Origin: a virus | Lineage: Duplodnaviria > Caudoviricetes | Strand: one strand, 5' to 3' | Virus record (IMG/VR): IMGVR_UViG_3300036818_000131 | Location: 1-63,824 of that record | Length of the DNA stretch: 63,824 nucleotides | Shown here: positions 7,995 to 17,000 of the stretch, piece after piece | Numbering within the stretch: position 1 is the stretch's first letter | Layout: each line of letters begins with the position of its first letter | Translations under genes and position numbers: made by a program | Notes under the pieces: model-generated | What the model saw: the letters and a program-made list of their open reading frames with translations, nothing else | What the model was told of the DNA's origin: nothing | The model's database searches: none

Positions 7995-10361
7995 TCAGTG
8001 GAAGTAGAGCGCGTCGGCCATGAACATCCATTGCGGCCAGTACGCCAGCTGGCCGTTGAAGGTCATCAAATTGCCGTCGAGGTAGGCATTGGAAAACTGC
8101 GTGAAGTAGCGACCGGCGCAGGTTTGATAGCCCATGCTACCGACCGGAAACCCCTCCTCCACGAAGCCGGCGTCTAACAGGATGCTCGGCGCGACGCCCG
8201 GGAGCACGGCATCCAAGCCGGTGTAGTCGTAGCCAGAAACCGGGTCAGGGAACGTCTTCATCGGGTCCATGACCGAGAATTGCAGCACCATGCCGTCGGC
8301 ATGCCCGGTGTAGAAGTGCGGCGCACCCACCGGCCCGCCGGGGTCACTGTTCCAAATCGCAAACATTACCGTCTGGACACAATCCCACGGGGTCATGATG
8401 CCAGTGGCGCTGAACCCCTCAACGGCGTAAACCACGATCGTGCCGAGGATCGGTATGCCGCCAAGATCCGCCGTGACGATCTCATTGGTCAGCGGGGTCG
8501 GCGCCGGTGCCCACCACAATTCAGTCTTCAATATGCAATTGGTTCCCCGGTCGACCCATTCCGGTTGCATGATCTGGACGGCGCGGCGCTGAAAGCCGCC
8601 CAAGCTCGGGCTGCTGACGTTTATGACCGCCACATCGGGAACATCACTCGGGTCTCCGAGATCGTAATTCTCATAAGCGACAAACGCGACAATGACGGCC
8701 GGACCGCTCGTTGTCACACCGGCTGGGGTAGGAGGTAAAGAAAAGGACGGGGGAGAAAGGGGACTTGCCCAGGGGTACCACAGCGGCGGGTCAGCGTCTG
8801 GCTCGCCGAGGCCCCAGTTGCCACGACCGCCCCAATTGCCGTAAACCATCTGCAACGCGGGCGCCGGCAACGGCGGTCCTGGCGGGCTCGGGCCCGGGTT
8901 GACCGGGGACGCCGGAGAGGGCGACGCCGCTGTCCCGGTCACGACTTCCTCGGCCTCGACGGTCAGATCGCCATTGTCATTCTCTTCGATCGACAAGACC
9001 CGCACCGCCTCTTGCACGAGGTAGGCGTCGCCGGCGCTGCCGGTCAGCAGCACCAGGTCCATCGGCTCGAGCAAGGCCTTGTCCCAGCCGATCTGAAACT
9101 TGTAGAGGTTGCGGACGAATTGCGCGCGCTGCAGATAGAGCTGGGCCGCGACCTGCGCCGAGCCGGCATTGGCAAAGCACTTGCCCGGCAGGCTGTCGCC
9201 AATGCGCAAGCCATACTGATCGATGGCACCCTGGTCATAGACTGCGAGGATCGTCGAATTGTAGTAATTGGCGCGGTCGAAATACTCGATCGAGAACCAA
9301 TTGAACGCGTCGGCCGGGTTGCTGCGCGCGAGGATGATCGGGTCGTCTTGCCCGAGTTCCGGGTCGGCGCCGTCCTGATGCGGATGCCAGGGCAGGAAAT
9401 CGGCGTCGGTCAACGCGTAGACCGGCACCAGATTGGGCGTCCAGCTCGCGTCGTTGTTGCTCAGCGCGACATCGCCGTAGGGGATGAATTTGAGCAATTC
9501 GCCGGAGCACACGATCGCGGTGTTGAGCAATCGGCACAAGCCCTCGAGCCATTGCGCCGCCTTCTGCTGGCCGTCCAATGACACCGAGACGAGCAGGCCC
9601 GAGGCTTGGCAATAATCGCCAAATGTGTTGAGAGTGCCGTTGCTCCCGTCGAGAAAATCGAGATTATCCGACGGGAGGCCGGCGCCGTAGCGCTGGTTTG
9701 TCAGAAAATCGGCGATGACATTGCCGGGGTTGGCGTCGGCCGGAAAACTCGGCCCGCCCGTGTTGTAGAGCAGCCCGCTGATCTCAAACGCCAGGTTGGG
9801 GATCGCCGGCGATTTGCCGAGATCCACCGGCGTGCCGGTGATATAGCAGGTGCCGGAATAATTGACCCCGGTGCCGAGCCCGCCAAAGGTCGGGTCGGCC
9901 GCTTGCCCGTCACTGCCGATATAGAAGTTGAGCTGATTGCCGGTGCTGCCCTTGCCGGCGCTGGCGCGCGACGAGCCGAACGCCTCGACCGCGCCATCGG
10001 CAAAGATCAGGTTGTTCGAATTGAATGTCACCGGGCCTTGGCACATGCCGAACGCGACATCGACCGAAAAGTCGCCGCCGCCGCCCTTCTTGCCGCTGCC
10101 CTTGCCCTTGCCGCCGCCGCCCTTGCCCTGCACGGTGTTGGTGCCGCCGAGCGGCAGTGGCCCGCTCCCCTTGCCCTTGCTGCTGCCGTTCGGGCCCCGG
10201 TAATTGCCGAGTGCGATCAGATTGATCTGCTGCTTTACCGTGCCGTAGATCAGCGGCACGACCGAGCCGACTTGGCTGGTGTTGTATTTGAGCGCATTGA
10301 GCGCCTGGTTCTGCCACGCATTGTTCTGCAGAAACGGCGTCGTCGTGCGAAACAGGCTCAT
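7995..10361 (-). CDS. Tail tip protein (Phage-tail_3-like), N-terminal half plus extra C-terminal domain
   Basis: VVPLIYGT, IPNLAFEI, DANP..VI.DFLTN.RYGAG, SGELLKFIPYGD, LLEPMDLV.L; follows NlpC/P60. Confidence 0.85.
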   Translation of the reverse strand: MSLFRTTTPFLQNNAWQNQALNALKYNTSQVGSVVPLIYGTVKQQINLIALGNYRGPNGSSKGKGSGPLPLGGTNTVQGKGGGGKGKGSGKKGGGGDFSVDVAFGMCQGPVTFNSNNLIFADGAVEAFGSSRASAGKGSTGNQLNFYIGSDGQAADPTFGGLGTGVNYSGTCYITGTPVDLGKSPAIPNLAFEISGLLYNTGGPSFPADANPGNVIADFLTNQRYGAGLPSDNLDFLDGSNGTLNTFGDYCQASGLLVSVSLDGQQKAAQWLEGLCRLLNTAIVCSGELLKFIPYGDVALSNNDASWTPNLVPVYALTDADFLPWHPHQDGADPELGQDDPIILARSNPADAFNWFSIEYFDRANYYNSTILAVYDQGAIDQYGLRIGDSLPGKCFANAGSAQVAAQLYLQRAQFVRNLYKFQIGWDKALLEPMDLVLLTGSAGDAYLVQEAVRVLSIEENDNGDLTVEAEEVVTGTAASPSPASPVNPGPSPPGPPLPAPALQMVYGNWGGRGNWGLGEPDADPPLWYPWASPLSPPSFSLPPTPAGVTTSGPAVIVAFVAYENYDLGDPSDVPDVAVINVSSPSLGGFQRRAVQIMQPEWVDRGTNCILKTELWWAPAPTPLTNEIVTADLGGIPILGTIVVYAVEGFSATGIMTPWDCVQTVMFAIWNSDPGGPVGAPHFYTGHADGMVLQFSVMDPMKTFPDPVSGYDYTGLDAVLPGVAPSILLDAGFVEEGFPVGSMGYQTCAGRYFTQFSNAYLDGNLMTFNGQLAYWPQWMFMADALYFH

Positions 10362-10370
10362 ACGCGCCTC

Positions 10371-10829
10371 TCAGAACGCTGAGATGAAGACGAGCGGTCG
10401 GTGCTGCGCCAGCCGGCCGTGCTCGGCATTGCCCCAGCACACGCAGCGGCGCTCGGCGTAAGCGTGGATCAGCCGCGGCCAGTCGACGACGATCGCGCCA
10501 TGCCAAAAGACCCGGCCGTATTTGAACAACACGACGTCACCGGGCTCGGGCTGCTCGACGATCCGGCCGTGTTGCAGCAGCCCTTTGAGGTAGGTTTCCT
10601 CGCCGCGGTGCTGGAATTGATCGGGGCGGTAGAACGGGATCTTGACCTCGCCGACGAGGCCCACCGCGCGGTAGACGCCATAGATCAGACCGAGGCAATC
10701 GACCCCGGCACCCTTGAGGCAGGCCATGTGGTGAAAGGGCGTCGTGAGCCAGGTCTGCGCCTCATCGATGACGGCTTGGCGCAGACGGGTTATCGTGGAC
10801 GGGTCGCGATCCTCGGAGAGCACCGACAT
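10371..10829 (-). CDS. NlpC/P60 tail-associated peptidase
   Basis: A.TWL.TPFHH, GAGVDC.GL, PGDVVLF, HGAI, LIHA; canonical position after the hub gene. Confidence 0.9.
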   Translation of the reverse strand: MSVLSEDRDPSTITRLRQAVIDEAQTWLTTPFHHMACLKGAGVDCLGLIYGVYRAVGLVGEVKIPFYRPDQFQHRGEETYLKGLLQHGRIVEQPEPGDVVLFKYGRVFWHGAIVVDWPRLIHAYAERRCVCWGNAEHGRLAQHRPLVFISAF

Positions 10830-11043
10830 GGCAGACCCCTTCCGACGTCACGAGAACGATGCCAGCCGCACGCAGAGCCTTGCGCAGGCCGTGGCGAAGG
10901 CGGCGGAGCAGCAGCGGTTATTCGACCGCGACCCGCGCGTCGCGGCCTTCCCGGGCGGGATGGCCTTGCCGGGCGGGATTTGGGCGAAGCCCGCGGCACC
11001 GCGGCCGCAGGGTTATTTCAGCCGCCAGCGGAGGAAGGCGTGA
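10828..11043 (+). CDS. Hypothetical protein (antisense insert)
   Basis: MADPFRRHEND...; GGAG upstream; GTGA overlap with the next ORF. Confidence 0.4.
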   Translation: MADPFRRHENDASRTQSLAQAVAKAAEQQRLFDRDPRVAAFPGGMALPGGIWAKPAAPRPQGYFSRQRRKA

Positions 11044-11228
11044 GCCGCCCGATACCGGTGCGGCCGCGCATGGCACCGCTCGCGGTGACCCTGCTGCGCG
11101 CCGATGGTCTGCATACAAGGCAGATCGCCCGCCGCCTCAAGCGCCCGCGGCGCTGGGTCAGCCGGGTGATCCGCGACGACGAGATCTACCTTTTCGGCCG
11201 GCCCGCCTACATCGCGCGCCAGCGTTGA
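11040..11228 (+). CDS. Small HTH-like protein
   Basis: LLRADGLHTRQIARRLKRPRRWVSRVI fits a helix-turn-helix pattern; GGAGG RBS. Confidence 0.5.
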   Translation: MSRPIPVRPRMAPLAVTLLRADGLHTRQIARRLKRPRRWVSRVIRDDEIYLFGRPAYIARQR

Positions 11229-11325
11229 GCCAGCCCGCTTACGAGCCAGCCCCCCTCACGAGCCGGAGGCCGACACACCGACACATCCGCAGAAAATCGC
11301 GAGGCTGCCCAGCAGGTGAGCCGAC

Positions 11326-12417
11326 TCACGAAAACGTGCCGGTGCCGATCGACTGCAATACCGCGGCCGAGGTCGTCGTCAGGGTCAGGTAGAAATCGCG
11401 CCAGGTGTTCTGTGCGATCGTCATCGTGCCATTCAACGTCCAGCCGGTGTTGGTCGTGATCGTCCAGACGTGACTGGCGGATGACTGGTTGATGATGCGC
11501 AGTTTGTAGGTTTGCCCGGCGACCGCATTGGGGATCGCGGCGACGAGGTTGGCGACGGTCGGCAATTGCGCGTTGGCATCGCCCCCCATCGTGCCGGTCA
11601 TCGCCAAGGCAACCTCGAGCTGGCCCGCGCTGATATTGGCCCCGGTCAAGGTCGTGCCCGAGGTCGCGGTATTGGTGTTGTAAGCGAGGTCGGCTGTGAA
11701 CGACGGCAGGTTCATGATCTGCAACGTGCCGGCAACCGGACAATAGACCTCGCCGATAAAGCCGGCCGGCAACGTGACGCCGGTGCCGCTGGCAAAGCCG
11801 TTGACGGTCTCCGAGCCATTGCCAAAGAACTGGATCGGGTTGGCGGTGTTGTTGGCGATAAAGCGTTTCTGCCCGGCGGCCGCGGCGGCGCTGGGCTTGA
11901 CCGAATCGTAAGGTGCCGTCGCGGCGGTCGCGGTCGTGATGTTGCTGAACTCGGTGCTCAGCTGCGTCGCGCTCCCCTGGCCGCCGCCGCTGAACGCGGT
12001 GACCCCGGTCGCGGCCGAGCGGGTGATCAATCCGCTCAATGTCAGGCCGGCGATGGTCGCCGAATTGGCGGTGGCGATCAAGGCGCCGATCGAGATCTGC
12101 AGCCACACCGCCGCACTCGTCGCGGCGTTGACGCACACCCAGGCGCGACCCGGCGAGGCGGCGGTGTTGATCCACAGCGAGCCCGGCCCGTAATCCTGCG
12201 TGTTGTCATTGCCGACCGCCGGGTCGCTCGCCGCGGTAAAATTGTTGCGGCCGGTCGCGACCGGCGAAAATCCCATCGCCTGCAACGCGATCGCATCGAC
12301 CTGCGAGGTGACCGAAACAAACAGATTGGCGTCGACGGTATAGGTCGTCCCGGACAGCGGTTTGACCGTCGCACCAGCCAAAACGCCTGGCGGAGCCAGC
12401 ATTGCAACCATTGACAA
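11326..12417 (-). CDS. Thr/Ala-rich virion decoration/fibre protein
   Basis: 363 aa; short N-terminal domain, DNTQDY.PGSLWIN motif, C-terminal LPT..NLVAAIP...YKLRIIN beta domain. Confidence 0.65.
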   Translation of the reverse strand: MSMVAMLAPPGVLAGATVKPLSGTTYTVDANLFVSVTSQVDAIALQAMGFSPVATGRNNFTAASDPAVGNDNTQDYGPGSLWINTAASPGRAWVCVNAATSAAVWLQISIGALIATANSATIAGLTLSGLITRSAATGVTAFSGGGQGSATQLSTEFSNITTATAATAPYDSVKPSAAAAAGQKRFIANNTANPIQFFGNGSETVNGFASGTGVTLPAGFIGEVYCPVAGTLQIMNLPSFTADLAYNTNTATSGTTLTGANISAGQLEVALAMTGTMGGDANAQLPTVANLVAAIPNAVAGQTYKLRIINQSSASHVWTITTNTGWTLNGTMTIAQNTWRDFYLTLTTTSAAVLQSIGTGTFS

Positions 12418-12436
12418 GCCTCAATTGAATGGGAGG

Positions 12437-13381
12437 TTAGACCGCTGCCTCGGGTGGCGGGATGTCGGGAAATCCGCCAAACCGCAGCTGGTTCTGAAAG
12501 GTCCCCGAGCACGTCGTCAGGGTATGGTCGCAGCCCGGCAATAACTGAAACGTGTCGGTGCCGGCCGCGACCGGGAAGATCCACGGCTTCAGGTAAAACA
12601 CCCCGCTCGGCGCAATGCTGCTGTCGAGCTGGCCGATGGTCCGCGTATAGCCGGCATTCTGGCCGCTGAGGCCGATGATCGAGCCATTGTCGTAAGCCGT
12701 CGAGGGGCTCGGCACAAAATCCGTAAAGATGACGCTCTGCGTCGAGGTGACATCGCAGGTGATGGTTTGCGCACCAATGCCGGTCGCCGCCCCCACCGCG
12801 TTCGTGCCGTTGACCCGGTCATAGCCGCACATGCCGGTGCCGGGCTCGCCAAAGATGTGCGTGCAGGCCGCCTGAAAGAGCCGCCGCGGCATCTGCGCGG
12901 TCAACAGATCGGTGAGGCTGTTGACGTGGATCACCGTCTTGGTGCGGCCGATCTCGACATCGCCGACGCGGCCAAAAAACCGGCTGATCGTGCCGACGAC
13001 GTTGCCCGACGACAGATAGGCGCGCCACACGCGGCACCAGCCACCGTCGAAGAGGCCGGCTTGCAGTGCCGCTTGCCAGGTCAGGGTGCCGCCGAGACCC
13101 AATTGGTCATTGGCGCCGGCATAGAGCGTGACCTCGATGTGGCCGACCTCGACGCCGATCTTCTCGACGATCTTGGTGCGTTCGATCGGCGGTCCGAGCG
13201 CGAAGGTGAACAGCGGGTCGTCGGTATCGGGTGCCGGCGCGACCAGCGCGGTCTGAAAGCTCGAATAGCGCAGGATCTCGCCGCCCTGCAATGTGAAGGT
13301 GTAGAGGTCGGCCATTTGCACATTGACGTCCGGCCCCCAGCTCGCCAGCAGGGCTTGCAAGGCGGCTGTGGCGGGCCGCAT
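12437..13381 (-). CDS. DUF2163/BR0599-like baseplate hub protein
   Basis: ADLYTFTL, GLFDG, MPRRLFQAAC.H, LLPGCDHT...C...FQN.LRFGGFP.IP. Confidence 0.9.
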   Translation of the reverse strand: MRPATAALQALLASWGPDVNVQMADLYTFTLQGGEILRYSSFQTALVAPAPDTDDPLFTFALGPPIERTKIVEKIGVEVGHIEVTLYAGANDQLGLGGTLTWQAALQAGLFDGGWCRVWRAYLSSGNVVGTISRFFGRVGDVEIGRTKTVIHVNSLTDLLTAQMPRRLFQAACTHIFGEPGTGMCGYDRVNGTNAVGAATGIGAQTITCDVTSTQSVIFTDFVPSPSTAYDNGSIIGLSGQNAGYTRTIGQLDSSIAPSGVFYLKPWIFPVAAGTDTFQLLPGCDHTLTTCSGTFQNQLRFGGFPDIPPPEAAV

Positions 13382-13992
13382 TACAGCACGACCGAGGTCA
13401 GCTTTACTTGCTTGATCTCCCAATAATCATGAGCGAATTCCTCGAAATCGAGCGCGTCCGGGAAGTACACGCGAAAGTAATACGTGAAGTCGGCGGTGAC
13501 AACGACCCCGGGCCCCGGCGGCGTCGCAAACGTCACGAGGCCGGTGGTGTCGTCGACGCTCCAGCCGGCCACAGGCGAGTCGTTGAGATAGACATTGCCG
13601 ACGACATTGGGGGCGATCATCGCCTCGCCGCGGCCGCCCGGCACCAGCGCACGCAGCAATTGGAATTGCGTATTGGTGTTGTCGCCGGTGCCGAGAACCG
13701 AGCCGGTTGCCGTATTGTCGCTGGGATCGTTCAAGAGGAACGCATCGAACGCGCCCTGCGACGTGTTGAAGAAATCCATCATCGTGCGCAATTCGGTGGG
13801 GCTCGTGTAGGAGCACCACGGGCTGTCGTGCAGCACCGCGTAGATCAGCTTGAAATTCCAGATCGGGTTGGCGTAGTCGCTGGTCCGCAACGTGCGGCCG
13901 GAGACCGCGCGCTGCATGCGGGTCGCCCAACCGGGCGTCTTGGTCACGGTGTAGCTGAGACCCGGGAAGACCGGATATATTCTTTGACTCAT
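13381..13992 (-). CDS. DUF2460 distal tail protein (Dit)
   Basis: KTP.W.T, AVSGR, FF....G..D.FL..DP.D, GTGD....FQL, TADF.YYFRV.F. Confidence 0.9.
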   Translation of the reverse strand: MSQRIYPVFPGLSYTVTKTPGWATRMQRAVSGRTLRTSDYANPIWNFKLIYAVLHDSPWCSYTSPTELRTMMDFFNTSQGAFDAFLLNDPSDNTATGSVLGTGDNTNTQFQLLRALVPGGRGEAMIAPNVVGNVYLNDSPVAGWSVDDTTGLVTFATPPGPGVVVTADFTYYFRVYFPDALDFEEFAHDYWEIKQVKLTSVVL

Positions 13993-14005
13993 ATCGGCCC
14001 CCCGA

Positions 14006-17000
14006 TTACCCGCCCGGTGTGAAGCGGCTGTTGTTGCGGTGCGCCCGGAAGAAACTCTTCGCGATGGTGTCGGAATGCGCCATCAGGAAAGCAGCACCGC
14101 TGCGGCTGTCGATCGCCGACAGGTGGACGTGGGTGTCGCCATAATTGACCGACGGCCCGGCGGGCGACCCGCCACCAGAAGCGCCGCGCAACCCCTCGGC
14201 AAAGCTGCTCGGGATCACCTGTTCGCCGTGGTGCAGCAGGCCGACCATGTCGCGGTCGACCTCCCAGGCGCCCTGCGCGAAGTGCGGTATTTGCCGGCCG
14301 CCCATCATCGTCATGCCGAGGATGCGGCCGAGCCCGCCATCCGGCGGCGGCGGTGCCGCACTGGCGATCAAATTCTGCAGGCCGCGCGAGATTGGCGCCG
14401 GCAAGACCATTTCATTGGGGTGCGCGACGATGAGGCGGCCGCCCTTGCCATCGGCAACGGCACCGCCGCCACCGACCATCATGCCGCCAACCACCATGCC
14501 ACCGGCGGCCGACGGGATGACGCCGCCCTTCTCGAGGGCGAAGAGCCCGCCGAGGATTTTCGGCACAAAGCCGAGGACTCCACCGATGATCCCGCCGCCG
14601 CCACCGCCTTGGCCGCCGCTGAAGAGGCTGCCGAGCAGGCCGGAAAAGCCGGTGAGCCCGCTGCTGGCAGTCGTCGTGCTGCCGGTCAACCCTTGCAATG
14701 CGGGAGCGGCCTGGTTGGCCGCCGTGGTCAGGCCTTGCACTCCGGTACCGGCGCCGCCGCCACCTGAGCCGCCGCCGCCGAACAGGCCGCCCAGCCAGCC
14801 GAACAGCCCGCCGCCGCCCTGGCCGCCCTGACCGCCGCCGCCCTGACCGCCCTGACCGCCGCCGCCGAACAGGCCCCCGAGGAGCCCGCCCGAGCCCATC
14901 AGCTTCTGCAGCGCCATGAGCAGCGCCAGGATCTGCGTCAGACCCGCCAGATTGCTCTGCGGGTTGGCCGGCACGAGGGTCGGCGTGACAAAGCCGAGCG
15001 AGGAAACCGTCTGCTGCTCCGGCAGCCCGACGACGGTGCCGCCCGCGGCCGACATCACCCCTGGCGGCACGATGGCGCCGCCTTCCGACGACATCGCGCC
15101 GAGCACTTGGCTCGTCTCGGCGGCCGGCAAGATCATCTCGCCGGGGTGGACAACGGCGATCTGGCCGCCTTTGCCATCGGCCACCGGGGCACCGCCGAGC
15201 GCGCTGGTCAGCCGCCCCTTGGCGAAGGGTGCGACATCGCCCTTGGCGGCGAGCGCCCGCACGCCGCTCTTGATGGCTTGCGGCAGTGCCGTCTCGTGGA
15301 CCTGCAATCCACCCGCGGCCGACGGGATGACGCCCCCGCCGGCGAATTCGTGGACATCGGCAACATCGGGAAAGCCGGTGCCGATATCGGCCATGCCGAC
15401 AGTGCCAAAGTCTTGCGCCACGAGCTCGCCACCGAGCTCGGCGGCGTCGGCCTCGCCGAGATCCTGCGCCGCGAGTTGACCGCCGAGATCGGCGGCATCG
15501 GCGGTCGACAAATCGCCCGCGCTGCCGCCCGGCAGCCCCGAGATCTGCGCCGAGGTCGGTCCGGTGAGTTTTGCCGACCCGGCGGCGAGCGGCGTTGTCT
15601 TCTGCGACGTCGCACCGCTGGCCTGGCCCTTCTGCCCGCCCTTGCCCATCAGCATCATCAAGAGCGCGAGCAGCGCCGCCCAAATCTCCCAGCCTTTGCC
15701 GAGGCCCGGGATCGGCGGCAATGTCGGCGATGCGGATCCCTGCGTCGCGACCGGCGCGATCTCGCCGGGAACCACGATGGCGCCGCCGGCGGCCGAGGGG
15801 ATGACGGCCCCCTCGAGCATCGAGTCCGAGGACCAATCGCCGTCGGCACTGGTGTCGCCGGCGCTGGAAGACCAGTTCGGCGCCCGCCGCGGGTCGTCGG
15901 GATCGGTCGGGTCAGGCGCACCGGTGAGCCCGCGATACTGCTCGCCGATCGGCTGGCCAAAGACTCGAGCGACGATCTGCGCGATCGGGTGGAACGGATC
16001 GGTAAACCCGGCCGCCGGCGAGTCGCTGGCGCTCGCCACCTGATCGGCCGGGATGATGAACTCGCCCTGGTGGACCAGCGCGAGCCCGGTTTGCTCGACC
16101 GGGCCGCCATCATCAAAGCTCGGCACGTCGCTCGACCAGTCGCTGCCCGCTTCAAACGGCGTCAGCGGTGTTCCGAGCGGGTTGTCGGCATTGATGACGA
16201 GCGGGTTGCCGGTGTTGCCGGTATCGCCGAACCCAGTCCAGCCCTGGGCGCGGTTCATCGCCGCCAAATTCGCCGTGATCGTCGGCACGCCCGGGATCGG
16301 GCTGGTGATTTGCGCCACGGCATTGGCCGCGTCGAGCGTGCCCTTGATGAAATTCTGCGGGCCTTCCGGTGACGTAAAGCCGGCAGCAAGCAACTTGTCG
16401 CTGAGGCCGCCACCAGATGTGCCGGTTGGCGTTGCCGCGACACTGGCCAGTTGCGTTGCTGCGGCATTGGCCGGCGGCGTCGCACTCGGTGTCGCCGGTG
16501 CCCCCTGTTCCCTGCCAGGGGCAGGGTTGCCAGGGGCAAGCGTGGCGGGCGCCGCTTGCGGCTGATCGGTCTGGTGTTGCAGCAGCGCCTGCGTGTTCTG
16601 GTCGGTCGCCGCGGTGTTTTTGTCGGTCGCCTGCGCGCTCGGGTCTTGGCCCTTGTCGCCGCCACCAAAGAGGCCGCCGAGACCGCCCTTGCCGCTGAAC
16701 AGCGCGAGCATCGCGGCACCGGCCGCGGCCCAAATCTCCCAGCCCTTGCCGAGGCCGTTCTGCTGCGGCTGCAATGTCGCAATCGCCGGCTGCTGCTGTG
16801 TGATCGTCGAGGCCGGCAGCACGATTTCGCCGGCATGGACGACGGCCGCACCCGACTGCGTGACGGTGCCGCCGGCTGCCAGATGCGGCAACTTCGACGG
16901 CAGCGTGTCGGGGAGGTCATCGAGATCGAGGACGACGTGCGCCGGGAAGGATTTGGCGCCGAGCATCTGCAGCGCGTCGTAGCGATGGCCGCCTTCGAGG

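Noticed and set aside
7995-13992. Gene transfer agent cluster
   Set aside because: The tail module is GTA-like, but the >60-kb morphogenesis region with MuF, giant TMP, HNH and many morons fits a genuine phage or prophage.
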